Positions 20,201 through 29,587 of a stretch of DNA of 64,000 bases are shown piece after piece. Source of the DNA: an uncultured Acidobacteriota bacterium (GTDB taxonomy: Bacteria; Acidobacteriota; Thermoanaerobaculia; Multivoradales; JAHEKO01); contig CAVQNG010000003.1 in NCBI GenBank assembly GCA_963713825.1, positions 928,001-992,000 of the forward strand, in the 5' to 3' direction. Made by a program: the position numbers and the translations under genes. Numbering within the stretch: the first letter of the stretch is position 1; every line of letters begins with the position of its first letter. The notes under the pieces were generated by a model that was not told the origin of the DNA, searched no databases, and saw only the letters and a list, made by a program, of their open reading frames with translations.

Positions 20201-20440
20201 TCGAACTCGAGGCCTCTCGGCTGGATGCGGAGAGTGCCCACGGTCTCCCGCCACAGACAGCCCTGTAGAAGCAGGTGCGCGGCAATCTCAGGCGCCATAG
20301 CCTTGCTGCTCGGAAAACCAAGTTCCTACTGCGCTCCAACATCCATTCAAGCGCCGCAGTCTCTGGCTTCCCGCCCGCGCGTTTCTCAGCAGCCTGATAG
20401 GATCGAGATGGCGATTTGGAGGGAATAGACCGATGCATGA

Positions 20441-20809
20441 CGTGCGCTCGAAGCCGGGGCGTCGGGCTTCGTCCTCAAGCACTCGGCGTCGGACCAATTG
20501 ATCGCAGCCATACGCGCCGCACTCGAGGGCGGGACCTACCTTGCGCCGCAGCTCGCGGGGGAGGTCCTGGAAGCGATGAAGAAGGGGTCAGAGAGCGCTG
20601 GCGACCCGGTCAGTGCCCTCACGCCGCGCCAGCGGGAAGTTCTCCAGCTCCTGGTGGAAGGGAGTTCGGCGAAAGAGATCGCCTCGAGTCTTGCGATCTC
20701 GGCCCGGACAGTGGAGTACCACAAGTACGAGATGATGGAAACCCTGGGCATTCACACCAATGCCGAGCTGATCCACTTCGCCCTCAAGCACGGTCTCGTC
20801 GAGCTCTGA
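20441..20809 (+). pseudogene. 5'-truncated NarL-family regulator (partial REC + intact HTH)
   Basis: RALEAGASGFVLKHSA..LTPRQREVLQLLVEG..ISARTVEYHK; paralog of 910-1551 lacking the phosphoacceptor half. Confidence 0.85.
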
Positions 20810-21006
20810 CCTTGGACTGGATCTGGAGACGCTCCCAGCGGAAGCCTTCCGTCGCGCCGTTTCGCACCGACACCGATCGCTGGATCCGGAATGCCGGCTC
20901 GGGAGAGATCGATCGAAGCGGCGGAACCAATCCCGGAACTGGTGAGAGAATCGTGGCAAGGATCCAGACCCTCAGGCGAATAGCCAAATACAAAGTAGGT
21001 GACACG

Positions 21007-21789
21007 ATGAAAACAAGACCACCGGAACGAACGCCCCTGATCGCCAGGCTCACCACAGGCATGATCGCCGCTCCGCCGCTTTCAACTCTGGCGGCAGATC
21101 CAATCACCAAGCCGCGCCTGCTCCTGGGCGCTGTCGGGTGGGTGCTGCCGGTCCAGGTTGCCTGGGCGCTCCTGTGGGCTGTCGCCGGTCTGCTCGGTTC
21201 GCCGGCGCCGGCTGTCGCCGGCCAGGTCGGCGAACAGCCCATCGAGACGCTTGTCTTCGTGCGCCACGGCGAAAAGCCTGCGCTGGGCCTCGGCCTGCTG
21301 AACTGCCAGGGGCTCAATCGAGCGCTAATGCTTCCTGACTGGCTCGCCGCCAACTTTGCTCGGCCCGACCACATCTTTGCGCCTGACCCGCATGTCAAGG
21401 CGACCGAGCTCCACGGCGATGGGCAGCGGTACGACTACGTCCGGCCACTGCTCACCATCGGCCCGACAGCGATCCACCTGGGAGTGCCGATCGACACGCA
21501 GCTGCCGTTCAACGACCCCGGGCTGCTGGCCGACACCCTGCTCGACCAGCGATACCACACCACAACCATCTATCTAGCCTGGGAGCACGCCAATATCGTG
21601 GAGTTCGCAACTGTCCTGTTGACGCGATTCGGCAGCACGGCGAAGGTTCCAGCGTGGGAGAACAGCGACTACAACATGGTGTTTGTCTTCACCATCGACT
21701 GGACCGAGACGCCGTCGCTGAGCTTCGAGATCCGCTCCCAGGACTTCGAGCCAATCAGCGAGACTTGCCCGTCGGCCGCCTTTCAATAG
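21007..21789 (+). CDS. Exported histidine-phosphatase-family protein (start uncertain)
   Basis: VFVRHGEKP..GLLNCQGLNRAL, YVRPLLTI, LAWEH; hydrophobic segment ending AVAG. Confidence 0.75.
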   Translation: MKTRPPERTPLIARLTTGMIAAPPLSTLAADPITKPRLLLGAVGWVLPVQVAWALLWAVAGLLGSPAPAVAGQVGEQPIETLVFVRHGEKPALGLGLLNCQGLNRALMLPDWLAANFARPDHIFAPDPHVKATELHGDGQRYDYVRPLLTIGPTAIHLGVPIDTQLPFNDPGLLADTLLDQRYHTTTIYLAWEHANIVEFATVLLTRFGSTAKVPAWENSDYNMVFVFTIDWTETPSLSFEIRSQDFEPISETCPSAAFQ

Positions 21790-21992
21790 AGGGTAGATGT
21801 AGCGCGGGATATCGAGCCAAGTGGCTGCCAGCATTGTCGCAGTGGTGCCCAAACGCTTCGCCATCGGCTCACAGTCTCTCCTCTTCTTCCTCGTATCCAG
21901 TTGAACTCCAAGCTGGCCGTTTCAGACTAGGACAGGAAGGCAGGGTGGGGAACCCGGAATTCTTCTAGTTCTGGAGGTGCGCCGCCGACAGC

Positions 21993-22036
21993 CTAGTACA
22001 TTCCTAGTGACAAACCCCGTATTTCCCCTAGGTTAC
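21993..22036 (+). promoter_or_regulatory. Conserved box, copy 3, plus CTAG-N7-CTAG site
   Basis: CTAGTACATTCCTAG at 21993-22007; GTATTTCCCCTAGGTTAC at 22019-22036; followed by TTCGAGTC as at 9787. Confidence 0.45.
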
Positions 22037-22124
22037 ATCCCTTCGAGTCTCGACTAAGCTCTTTTCGATGCATGACACCGGCGGGCACCACGACGAACAC
22101 GATCGCAGAGAAGGGACTTCTTCG

Positions 22125-22562
22125 ATGCCCAATGAACATCCGAGTTGCGTTTTGCTTGCGGACCGCCACCACGGCCTCACGGAAGGCGTCCGCGGGCTGC
22201 TCGAGACGGAGTTCGAAACGGTAGTCATGGTTGCCGACGAGGCATCGCTGCTCGAGGGAGCGGTCCGACTCCATCCCGAACTGGCGGTCGTGGATTTCTC
22301 CCTCGCTGCGGACAAGGGCCTCGGCTGGTTGCGACTGTTGCGTGAGCGCTGTCCCGACCTCAAGGTGGTCGTTCTCAGCGTCCACGACGAGTCAACGGCA
22401 CGGGAGGGTGCGCGGGCGGCTGGTGCGGCTGGTTTTGTGCTCAAGCGCGATATCGCAACAGACCTGCTGCCAACAATAGACACGCTTCTAGCCGGCGATT
22501 CTCTGGAGGAACCCGGAGGCAAGACACCGAGAGGGCCGGCAAGCAAGAGAGGCACTGCATGA
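22125..22562 (+). CDS. REC-only protein, copy 3 (divergent paralog)
   Basis: CVLLADRH..AVVDFSL..VLSVHDE..GFVLKRDIATDLLPTIDTLLAG. Confidence 0.87.
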   Translation: MPNEHPSCVLLADRHHGLTEGVRGLLETEFETVVMVADEASLLEGAVRLHPELAVVDFSLAADKGLGWLRLLRERCPDLKVVVLSVHDESTAREGARAAGAAGFVLKRDIATDLLPTIDTLLAGDSLEEPGGKTPRGPASKRGTA

Positions 22563-24187
22563 GAACGAAAATGGCTCGAATATCGCTTCGACAAACGGCG
22601 CTTTGGTCTGTCGCGTCTGCGCTCGCATTGCTAGCCATTCCCGTGAAGGCGAGCACCGCGCAGGAGCAACTGACGGTAACCGTCAGCTGCGCCTCGACGC
22701 CTGGAGAGCGGCAGCACTGCGCAGCCGATACCTCGGCGGGCATACTCCTGGCGCGATCGACAGGGCCGGCGGAGTGCTTGTTGGGACGAACCTGGGGTTA
22801 CGACGCTGCTGGGGTCTGGGTGATGGACGGCTGCAGCGGCGAGTTTCTGGTGGCCGGGGCGGCCGTGTCCGGACCTGCTGCGGCGCCGGTCACAGAGCCA
22901 CAGGAGGCCGCGGCGGCGCCCTCCGCCGAGTCAGCTGAAGGCCAGGCTGTGCTGGCCGCGGAGGCTGAAGACTCCAAGGAACCGTATCCATATACCCCAC
23001 TCTATGGAGTCCTAGATCCAGGCCGTGGTTTTCTTGTCGGACGGAGCAAACTCGGGGAGCTTTCCCTCAGCGCCTACGCGATCGTGCGGTACATGAACCA
23101 GATGCCCGACGGCCAGACCTTTACCGACCACCTTGGCAACGAGAATCCCGTCGATGCCAGGCGGGATATCTACTCCCACCGGATCCTCGTTTGGCTGAAC
23201 GGCTGGATGGCAACTCCAAAATTGCGGTACACGATCGCCTGGTGGACCGTCAACACGACCGATCAGGACGCCCTGTTCGGCAACATCGGTTACCAGTTCC
23301 ACAAGAGCTTCAACCTCTACGCCGGCATCTTCGGCAATCCCGGTTCGCGGACGATGTTCGGCTCCTTCCCCTACTGGCTCGGCACCGACCGCGTGATGGC
23401 GGACGAGTTCTTCCGGCCGTTTTTTTCCCAGGGTCTGTGGGCGAACGGTGAGGTTCTGCCCGGTCTCTGGTATAGCGCTTCGATGGGAAACACCTCGAGC
23501 ACTCTGGGCGTCACCGCCAGCCAGATTGACCGGAACTTCACCTACGGCGGGTCGGTCTGGTGGATGCCGACGACCCACGAGTTCGGCCCCAGAGGCGGGT
23601 TCGGCGACTGGGAATACCACGAAAAGCTGGCGACCCGATTCGGCGCCTCTGCAGTTTATAGCCCCGAGGAGCGCTACACGCCGATCGGCACCGCGCCGGG
23701 AAACACCGCTCTGAAGCTGGCAGACAGCCTGAACCTGTTCGCTGAGGGGTCCCTGGCGCCGGGAGTCACGGTGACCAACGCGGACTATCACATCCTCGCG
23801 GTCGATGCCGGAATAAGGTATCGCGGGTTCTTCTTTGCGACGGAGTACTACTACCGGACGCTGAACGGGTTCCAGGCGGACGGACCGGTGCCGGTCGATC
23901 AGATCGTGGACACGGGCTTCTACGTGCAGGCCGCGTTCTTCCCCATTCGGCAGACGCTCGAGCTCTACACCGCGACCTCGCAGATCTTCGGCGACATTGA
24001 CGCCGGGTTCGACAACAGCTCCGAGTACCTGGTCGGTGGGAACTGGTACCCCTTCAACACGCGTAACCACAGGCTCAACCTGCAGGTCATCGACGTCAAT
24101 AGATCTCCGGTCTCGAGTACCTTCGGTTACTACACCGGGGGCCAGGACGGCACCACCGTGTCGGCGGCGTTCTCGATCTTTTTCTAG
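22559..24187 (+). CDS. DUF3011-like Cys-rich N-domain fused to outer membrane porin-like barrel
   Basis: VSCAS..RQHC..C..GRTWGYD..VWVMDGCSGEF; C-terminal amphipathic strands ending FSIFF. Confidence 0.75.
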   Translation: MRTKMARISLRQTALWSVASALALLAIPVKASTAQEQLTVTVSCASTPGERQHCAADTSAGILLARSTGPAECLLGRTWGYDAAGVWVMDGCSGEFLVAGAAVSGPAAAPVTEPQEAAAAPSAESAEGQAVLAAEAEDSKEPYPYTPLYGVLDPGRGFLVGRSKLGELSLSAYAIVRYMNQMPDGQTFTDHLGNENPVDARRDIYSHRILVWLNGWMATPKLRYTIAWWTVNTTDQDALFGNIGYQFHKSFNLYAGIFGNPGSRTMFGSFPYWLGTDRVMADEFFRPFFSQGLWANGEVLPGLWYSASMGNTSSTLGVTASQIDRNFTYGGSVWWMPTTHEFGPRGGFGDWEYHEKLATRFGASAVYSPEERYTPIGTAPGNTALKLADSLNLFAEGSLAPGVTVTNADYHILAVDAGIRYRGFFFATEYYYRTLNGFQADGPVPVDQIVDTGFYVQAAFFPIRQTLELYTATSQIFGDIDAGFDNSSEYLVGGNWYPFNTRNHRLNLQVIDVNRSPVSSTFGYYTGGQDGTTVSAAFSIFF

Positions 24188-24254
24188 ACGACCCGTATTG
24201 GAAAGCGATTGTCATTCGCACAGGTAACCCATCGGACGACTGGAGGACAGACAG

Positions 24255-25427
24255 ATGCACTTCTACTTGTTCCACGAACGCTTCTCTTTCCGGCTTCTGG
24301 GCTCTGCTCTCGGCCTCTGCTTGATCTTGGCGGTCGCAGTCGCCATCTCGAGCCCGTCTGCCGAGGCCCAGGTACCGGCGAACGCCGACTTCCACGATTC
24401 GCACTTCCACATCACGAACTACGTTCAGGAGGGCACGGACATCCACGACCTCGTGGAGATGATGGGCAGCACGATCGGCCGTTCCACCGTCTTCGGCCTG
24501 CCGCTGCAGCAGATGTGGTCGTACCGCAACACCGGCGAGTTCGCCCCGACCTACTACCTCCAATCGGATGCGCCGCTCTACTACTACTCGTTCACCGACG
24601 CCCACATCGCCATGGCGTACAAATCTCTGACCCCGGAGCAGCAGACGCGGTTCGACCCGATGATTACCGGCTTCAACCCCGCCGACATGTACGCCGCGGA
24701 CCACATCCGGCGCGTACTGCTGACCTTCCCCGGGGTGTTTTCGGGGATCGGCGAGTTCACCATCCACAAGGAGTTCGTCTCGGCCAAGGTTGCGGGCGAA
24801 GTCGCCAGCCTCACCGACCCGGCGCTCGACCGGATCTTTGACTTTGCCGCCAAGACAGGGCTGGTCGTGATCCTCCACAACGACATCAACATGCCGTTCC
24901 CGAAGCCGGACCAGGAGCCGTACATCCTCGCCCAGCTGAAGGCGCTGTTCATGCGCCACCCGGGCACCACGATCATCTGGGCCCACCTCGGCGTCGGCCG
25001 GGTCGTTCGGCCCCTCGAGCAGCAGGCCGCGATCGTCGAGAAGATCTGCACCGACCCCGCCCTCGCGCACGTGTACCTGGACATCTCGTGGGATGAGGTC
25101 GCTAAGTACGTGACATCAACGCCGGAGGCGACGCGGCGAACCGCCGACATGATCAACCGCTACCCCGACCGCTTCCTCTTCGGCTCCGATGTGGTGGCGC
25201 CGACCTCGGTGGACGCCCAGGTCGCGGTCTACGACGCGTACGAGCCGCTCTGGGCTCTGCTGACACCGGAGGCGAGCTTCAAGGTGCGCAAGGGCAATTA
25301 CGAAACGCTCTTCGACTCGGCCCGGGTCAAGGTGCGGGCGTGGGAGCGGGCGCATGCGAACGACCCCCACGTCGTGCCGCCGTGGACGCCGGCGTCCGGA
25401 ACCGGGAACGAGTACGGCCGGCAATGA
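24255..25427 (+). CDS. Exported amidohydrolase-superfamily (metal-dependent TIM barrel) protein
   Basis: Signal ..SAEA; DSHFH, GIGEFTIHKE, ILHND, WAHLG, DISWDEV, RFLFGSD. Confidence 0.88.
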   Translation: MHFYLFHERFSFRLLGSALGLCLILAVAVAISSPSAEAQVPANADFHDSHFHITNYVQEGTDIHDLVEMMGSTIGRSTVFGLPLQQMWSYRNTGEFAPTYYLQSDAPLYYYSFTDAHIAMAYKSLTPEQQTRFDPMITGFNPADMYAADHIRRVLLTFPGVFSGIGEFTIHKEFVSAKVAGEVASLTDPALDRIFDFAAKTGLVVILHNDINMPFPKPDQEPYILAQLKALFMRHPGTTIIWAHLGVGRVVRPLEQQAAIVEKICTDPALAHVYLDISWDEVAKYVTSTPEATRRTADMINRYPDRFLFGSDVVAPTSVDAQVAVYDAYEPLWALLTPEASFKVRKGNYETLFDSARVKVRAWERAHANDPHVVPPWTPASGTGNEYGRQ

Positions 25428-25492
25428 CAGGCGATTGCGGTACAAGGTCGATTGCCGATATTGAATGGAAACCATAAAGAAAGGTAAGTGTC

Positions 25493-26733
25493 ATGGATGA
25501 GATCACACAGAGATTGGGGCCAGCAGCAAGGTGCCTCGCCTTAGCGGCCATGGTCCTGGCCGTGGCAATGCCGCTGGCCGCCCAGGAAGTTGATGATGAC
25601 GAGGAAGAGCCACGGTTCAAGATCTATGGCCACGTGATGACCGACATCGGCTACGACACCGGACAGGTCGACCCCGACTGGTACGACGTCATGCGGCCGA
25701 CGAAGCTGCCTGCCTACGAGAACGAGTTCGGCGAGGACGGCAACGCCTACTTCAGCGTCCGACAGACGCGGTTCGGCGTCCAGTCGTGGTTGCCGACCAA
25801 GATGGGTGAGGCGTGGGGCATCTTCGAGTTCGAAATGTTCGGAACCGGCGACGATGCCGGGCAGACCACTTTTCGGCTGCGACACGCCTATCTCGAGCTC
25901 GGCCAGTTCGGCGCCGGCCAGTACTGGAGCCCGTTCATGGACATCGACGTCTTCCCCAACTCGCTGGAGTACTGGGGACCGAGCGGCATGGTGTTCTTTC
26001 GCAACATCCAGGTGCGCTGGATGCCGATCAAGGGTGATACCCGATTGACCATCGCCCTCAGCGGCCGGGCGCCAGCAGCGACCAGGGTAACTACGAAGGT
26101 CAGATCGCGCTCGAAGAGGTGACGCCCCGATTCAACTTGCCGGACCTGTCGGCCGAGTACCGGCTGGGCCGCGACTGGGGCTACGTCGAGCTTGCCGGCA
26201 TGCTGCGGCGTATCGAATGGGACGACAACGGTCAGGACGAATACGATCTCTCGGGCGCTGCGACCGGCTGGGGCTTGAACCTGAGCTCCAACATCAAGGC
26301 GGGTGACAACAACACGATAAGGCTGCAGGTCGTTTATGGCGAGGGGATCGAGAACTACATGAACGACGCCACGGCAGACATCGGCATCGAGCCCAACCCG
26401 GGCAACCCGACGGCGCCGGTCAAGGGGGTACCTCTGCCGATCCTCGGTACCGTAGCGTTCCTCGACCACACCTGGAACGACAAGTGGACAACGGCTGTCG
26501 GGTTCTCGACCGTCGACATCGACAACACCAGCGAGCAGTCGGTTGACGCCTTCAAGAGCGGCCGCTACGCGCTGATCAACGCGCTCTACACCCCGGTTGA
26601 GAACATGATGTGTGGTGCCGAGGTGCAGTACGGATACCGCGAGAACTTCGCCGACGGGTGGACCGTCGACGACGTCAAGATCCAGTTCTCATTCAAATAC
26701 AGTTTTTCTCACCTATTTGGAGGTAGCTCATGA
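25493..26733 (+). CDS. DcaP-family outer membrane porin (frameshift near 26060)
   Basis: FSVRQTRFG, FRLRHAYLELG, GQYWSPFMD..FPNSLEYWGP; second frame PDLSAEYR..QFSFKYSF. Confidence 0.85.
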
Positions 26734-27764
26734 CGCGCATGCATCGTTCCCGCACAACCACTTCGTGCCTGCTCGGCCTGGTCGGACTCGGCCTGGTGCT
26801 CTTGCCGATAGCAGCTCAGGCCCAGAGCCCGGCTGAAATTCAGGCGGCCCTCGACGCGGCCCTCGCGAAATACAGCAATCTGCAGGAAGGCGCGAACGCC
26901 GACTACATCCCGGCCCTCGCCGAAGTCGATTCGAACATCTACGGCATCGCCCTCGTGACGACGGACGGCAAGGTCTATACCGCCGGCGATGTGAAGTCCG
27001 AGGTCTCGATCCAGTCGATCTCCAAGGTCTTCACGATGGCGAAAGTCATCCAGGAGCGGGGCCCCGACTACATCGCCAACACGATCGGTGTCGACGCCAC
27101 CGGCATGCGGTTCAACTCGATCGTCTCGATCGAGTTCTCCGAGAAGGTGCTCGGCGGACCGGAAATGAATGCCCTCGTCAACCCCGGCGCCATCGCGGCG
27201 ACCAGCATGGTCAAGGGCGCCGACCGGAATGAGATCTGGAAGAGCATCCTGGGCTACTACTCCGATTTCGCCGGCCGACCACTGTCGGTCAACGAGGAGG
27301 TCTTCAAATCCGAGTCGGACACCAACCAGCGCAACCAGGCGATCGGTGCCCTCATGTACGCCTACGGCTACATCAAGGACAACCCGGATCGCGCCACCGA
27401 TATCTACACCGAGCAGTGCTCGGTGAGCGTCAACGCCAAGGACCTCGCCACGATGGCAGGATCGCTGGCCAACTCCGGAACGAACCCGGTGACGGGCAAG
27501 AAGGTACTCGAGGCGGAGTACGTCCCCAAGGTCCTAGCTGTGATGGCAACGGCCGGCCTCTACGACGATTCCGGCAAGTGGTTCTTCCGGACGGGACTGC
27601 CGGGCAAGAGCGGCGTGGGCGGTGGAATCATCGCCGTCTCACCTGGGAAATTCGGCATCGCGGTCATCTCGCCACCGCTCGACGAGGCCGGCAACAGCGT
27701 TCGCGCTCAGAAGGCCATCGCCGACATTTCCAACGCGCTCGGTGGAAATCCCCTGGCTCAGTAG
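26730..27764 (+). CDS. glsA: Glutaminase with Sec-type signal peptide
   Basis: ADYIPALA, SIQSISKVF (SxxK), NALVNPGAI, AGLYDDSG, GLPGKSGVGGGI, SPPLDEAGNSVR; signal ends AAQA. Confidence 0.95.
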   Translation: MTRMHRSRTTTSCLLGLVGLGLVLLPIAAQAQSPAEIQAALDAALAKYSNLQEGANADYIPALAEVDSNIYGIALVTTDGKVYTAGDVKSEVSIQSISKVFTMAKVIQERGPDYIANTIGVDATGMRFNSIVSIEFSEKVLGGPEMNALVNPGAIAATSMVKGADRNEIWKSILGYYSDFAGRPLSVNEEVFKSESDTNQRNQAIGALMYAYGYIKDNPDRATDIYTEQCSVSVNAKDLATMAGSLANSGTNPVTGKKVLEAEYVPKVLAVMATAGLYDDSGKWFFRTGLPGKSGVGGGIIAVSPGKFGIAVISPPLDEAGNSVRAQKAIADISNALGGNPLAQ

Positions 27765-27825
27765 CCAGATGCAGCACCGAAGCAGATCGAACCCACGACG
27801 GTGAATCAAACGGAAGGGAATGAAA

Positions 27826-28494
27826 ATGAAGAAAGCAAACCTGATCTGTCTCTTTTTTGTGCCGCTGTTGGCAGCGGGAACCATGCTGTCAGCGGCGGAC
27901 TCGAACTGGATCGTGCGCGGCCAGTATGTAAAGACCTGGCCGAGCACGGATTCGTATCAGACCGAGAGCGTGATCGGGGATCTGCCGTCGATTGTCAATA
28001 GTTTCAGCGTCGACAGCGGTCAGGGCTTCGGGCTCGACATCGAGTACAAGTTCAACAAGAGAATCGGCATCGTGTTGTCGGGCATCTTCACCGACATGGA
28101 GGGCACCTTCGTCTACGGCTTCGAACCTGGCGAGGAGAACAGATTCTCCTCTGACCCCAACACGGTGGATTTCTACACGATCAATGGGGGTATGAACTAC
28201 CACTTCAGCCCGGATGCGGTCGTCGACTTCTACCTCGGGGCCTTCGCAGGCGTCTTTTCCTACGACAGTGTCACTTTCACCCTGCCGGAGCTCGATCGAC
28301 AGTTCAAGATCAACTTCGACGATCAGTTCTCCTACGGTCTCAACGCCGGGCTCGACATCCCGTTTGGTGACAGCCCCTTCATGGCGACGCTGGGCGTCAG
28401 GTACCTGATCAGCGATCTGAAGGAAGACGGTGGACCGCGCGAGATCGCCATCGATCCGCTCATCGGATCGATCGGTATCGGTTTTCGGTTCTAG
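27826..28494 (+). CDS. OmpW-family protein, copy 3 (divergent 5', 3' end near-identical to copy 1)
   Basis: Same motifs as 2189-2854 with many substitutions until about 28380. Confidence 0.85.
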   Translation: MKKANLICLFFVPLLAAGTMLSAADSNWIVRGQYVKTWPSTDSYQTESVIGDLPSIVNSFSVDSGQGFGLDIEYKFNKRIGIVLSGIFTDMEGTFVYGFEPGEENRFSSDPNTVDFYTINGGMNYHFSPDAVVDFYLGAFAGVFSYDSVTFTLPELDRQFKINFDDQFSYGLNAGLDIPFGDSPFMATLGVRYLISDLKEDGGPREIAIDPLIGSIGIGFRF

Positions 28495-29364
28495 AGTTCG
28501 AAGTCTGTGAATCCGTTGAGGGCTCGAGGCAATCCGGGGGCTGTCGCCGCGCGCTCGACCACGTTGACGGTCACGATCATGGCGATCGACACCGAAATCC
28601 CTTCGGTCACCTTCACGGGTCCTGGCGGCAACACCCGCACGATCCATGTGATGCACCCCGAGAAGCTCGTCGGCGTGAAAGTCGGGGACTCGGTGGAGAT
28701 TACCTACGCCAAAGCTCTCGCGCTCAGTGTCGAAAAAACGCCGAAAAACTAAATTCAAACCGGAATATCTGGGACGTCTGTCCCGAGGAGGAGTGAGATG
28801 GAAAATGTCAGGGAAGCGATCGGTGACTGGGCGGAGGAAGCGAAGAAGCACGCCGGGTGGCTCGTGGCACTGGGGGTAGTGACGATCATCGCGGGTATTC
28901 TCGCCATGGCGGCGCCCATGCTCAGCGGCTTCGGTGTCTCGATCATGATCGGCATTGCGTTGTTGATCGGTGGCGTCGCGCGGACCGTCAGCGCATTCAG
29001 TGCGGGCTCGTTCGGCCAGGGAACCCTCGCGTTCCTCGGTGGCATCCTCACCTTCGTAGCGGGTGTGGTCCTCATCTTCCGGCCCGGCGTCGGGGTGGCG
29101 AGCCTGACCCTGGCGCTCGGGATCTACCTGCTGGTGGACGGAGTCTCCGGCACCATCCTCGCATTCCGCGTAAGGCCGGAGAAGGGATGGGGTTGGATGC
29201 TTTTTAGCGGTGCCATGGGCGTGTTGCTGGGGATCATGCTGCTCAAGGAGTGGCCGGTCTCCGGGCTGTGGGCCGTCGGAATGTTGGTGGGGGTCAACAT
29301 GCTCTTCGCCGGTTTCTCCATCACTTCCATCGGCTCGGCCGCCCGGGGTGTGGCCAAGCGGCTG
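28381..29364 (+). repeat. Direct repeat of 2741-4196 with a 472-bp internal deletion
   Basis: 28381-28541 matches 2741-2901; 28543-29364 matches 3375-4196. Confidence 0.9.
28543..28752 (+). pseudogene. 3' remnant of the lipoprotein gene at 2973-3584
   Basis: RSTTLTVTIMAIDT..VEKTPKN*; RBS, signal and first repeat deleted. Confidence 0.85.
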
Positions 29365-29370
29365 TCGTAG
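28798..29370 (+). CDS. hdeD: HdeD/DUF308 membrane protein, copy 2
   Basis: Protein identical to 3630-4202 except the last residue. Confidence 0.85.
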   Translation: MENVREAIGDWAEEAKKHAGWLVALGVVTIIAGILAMAAPMLSGFGVSIMIGIALLIGGVARTVSAFSAGSFGQGTLAFLGGILTFVAGVVLIFRPGVGVASLTLALGIYLLVDGVSGTILAFRVRPEKGWGWMLFSGAMGVLLGIMLLKEWPVSGLWAVGMLVGVNMLFAGFSITSIGSAARGVAKRLS

Positions 29371-29382
29371 GATCAAATGAGT

Positions 29383-29415
29383 CGCCCGGCCTTTCGCGCT
29401 CGGGAAGGCCGGGCG
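29383..29415 (+). terminator. GC-rich hairpin after hdeD copy 2 (weak terminator candidate)
   Basis: CGCCCGGCCTT...AAGGCCGGGCG; no clear U-tract. Confidence 0.4.
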
Positions 29416-29587
29416 CGGCCGATTTCAATGACGCCATCACCGCCGGGGCAGCCCTCGATTGTCCCCACAAGCGGTGAGTTTGGAAACGTCAGAGTCTCGA
29501 CCTCGATTGGGTACAGTCACCTGGGGTGGGCCGCTCCCCCGGGTTCCTATCTATAATCGGCGACACCAACGCCGAGGAGAGATCGAT

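Noticed and set aside
20416-21006. Long N-terminal extension of the histidine phosphatase
   Set aside because: Overlaps the narL remnant in another frame and has no protein-like features
27889-29376. 495-aa minus-strand ORF
   Set aside because: Antisense to ompW, the lipoprotein remnant and hdeD; no recognisable motifs
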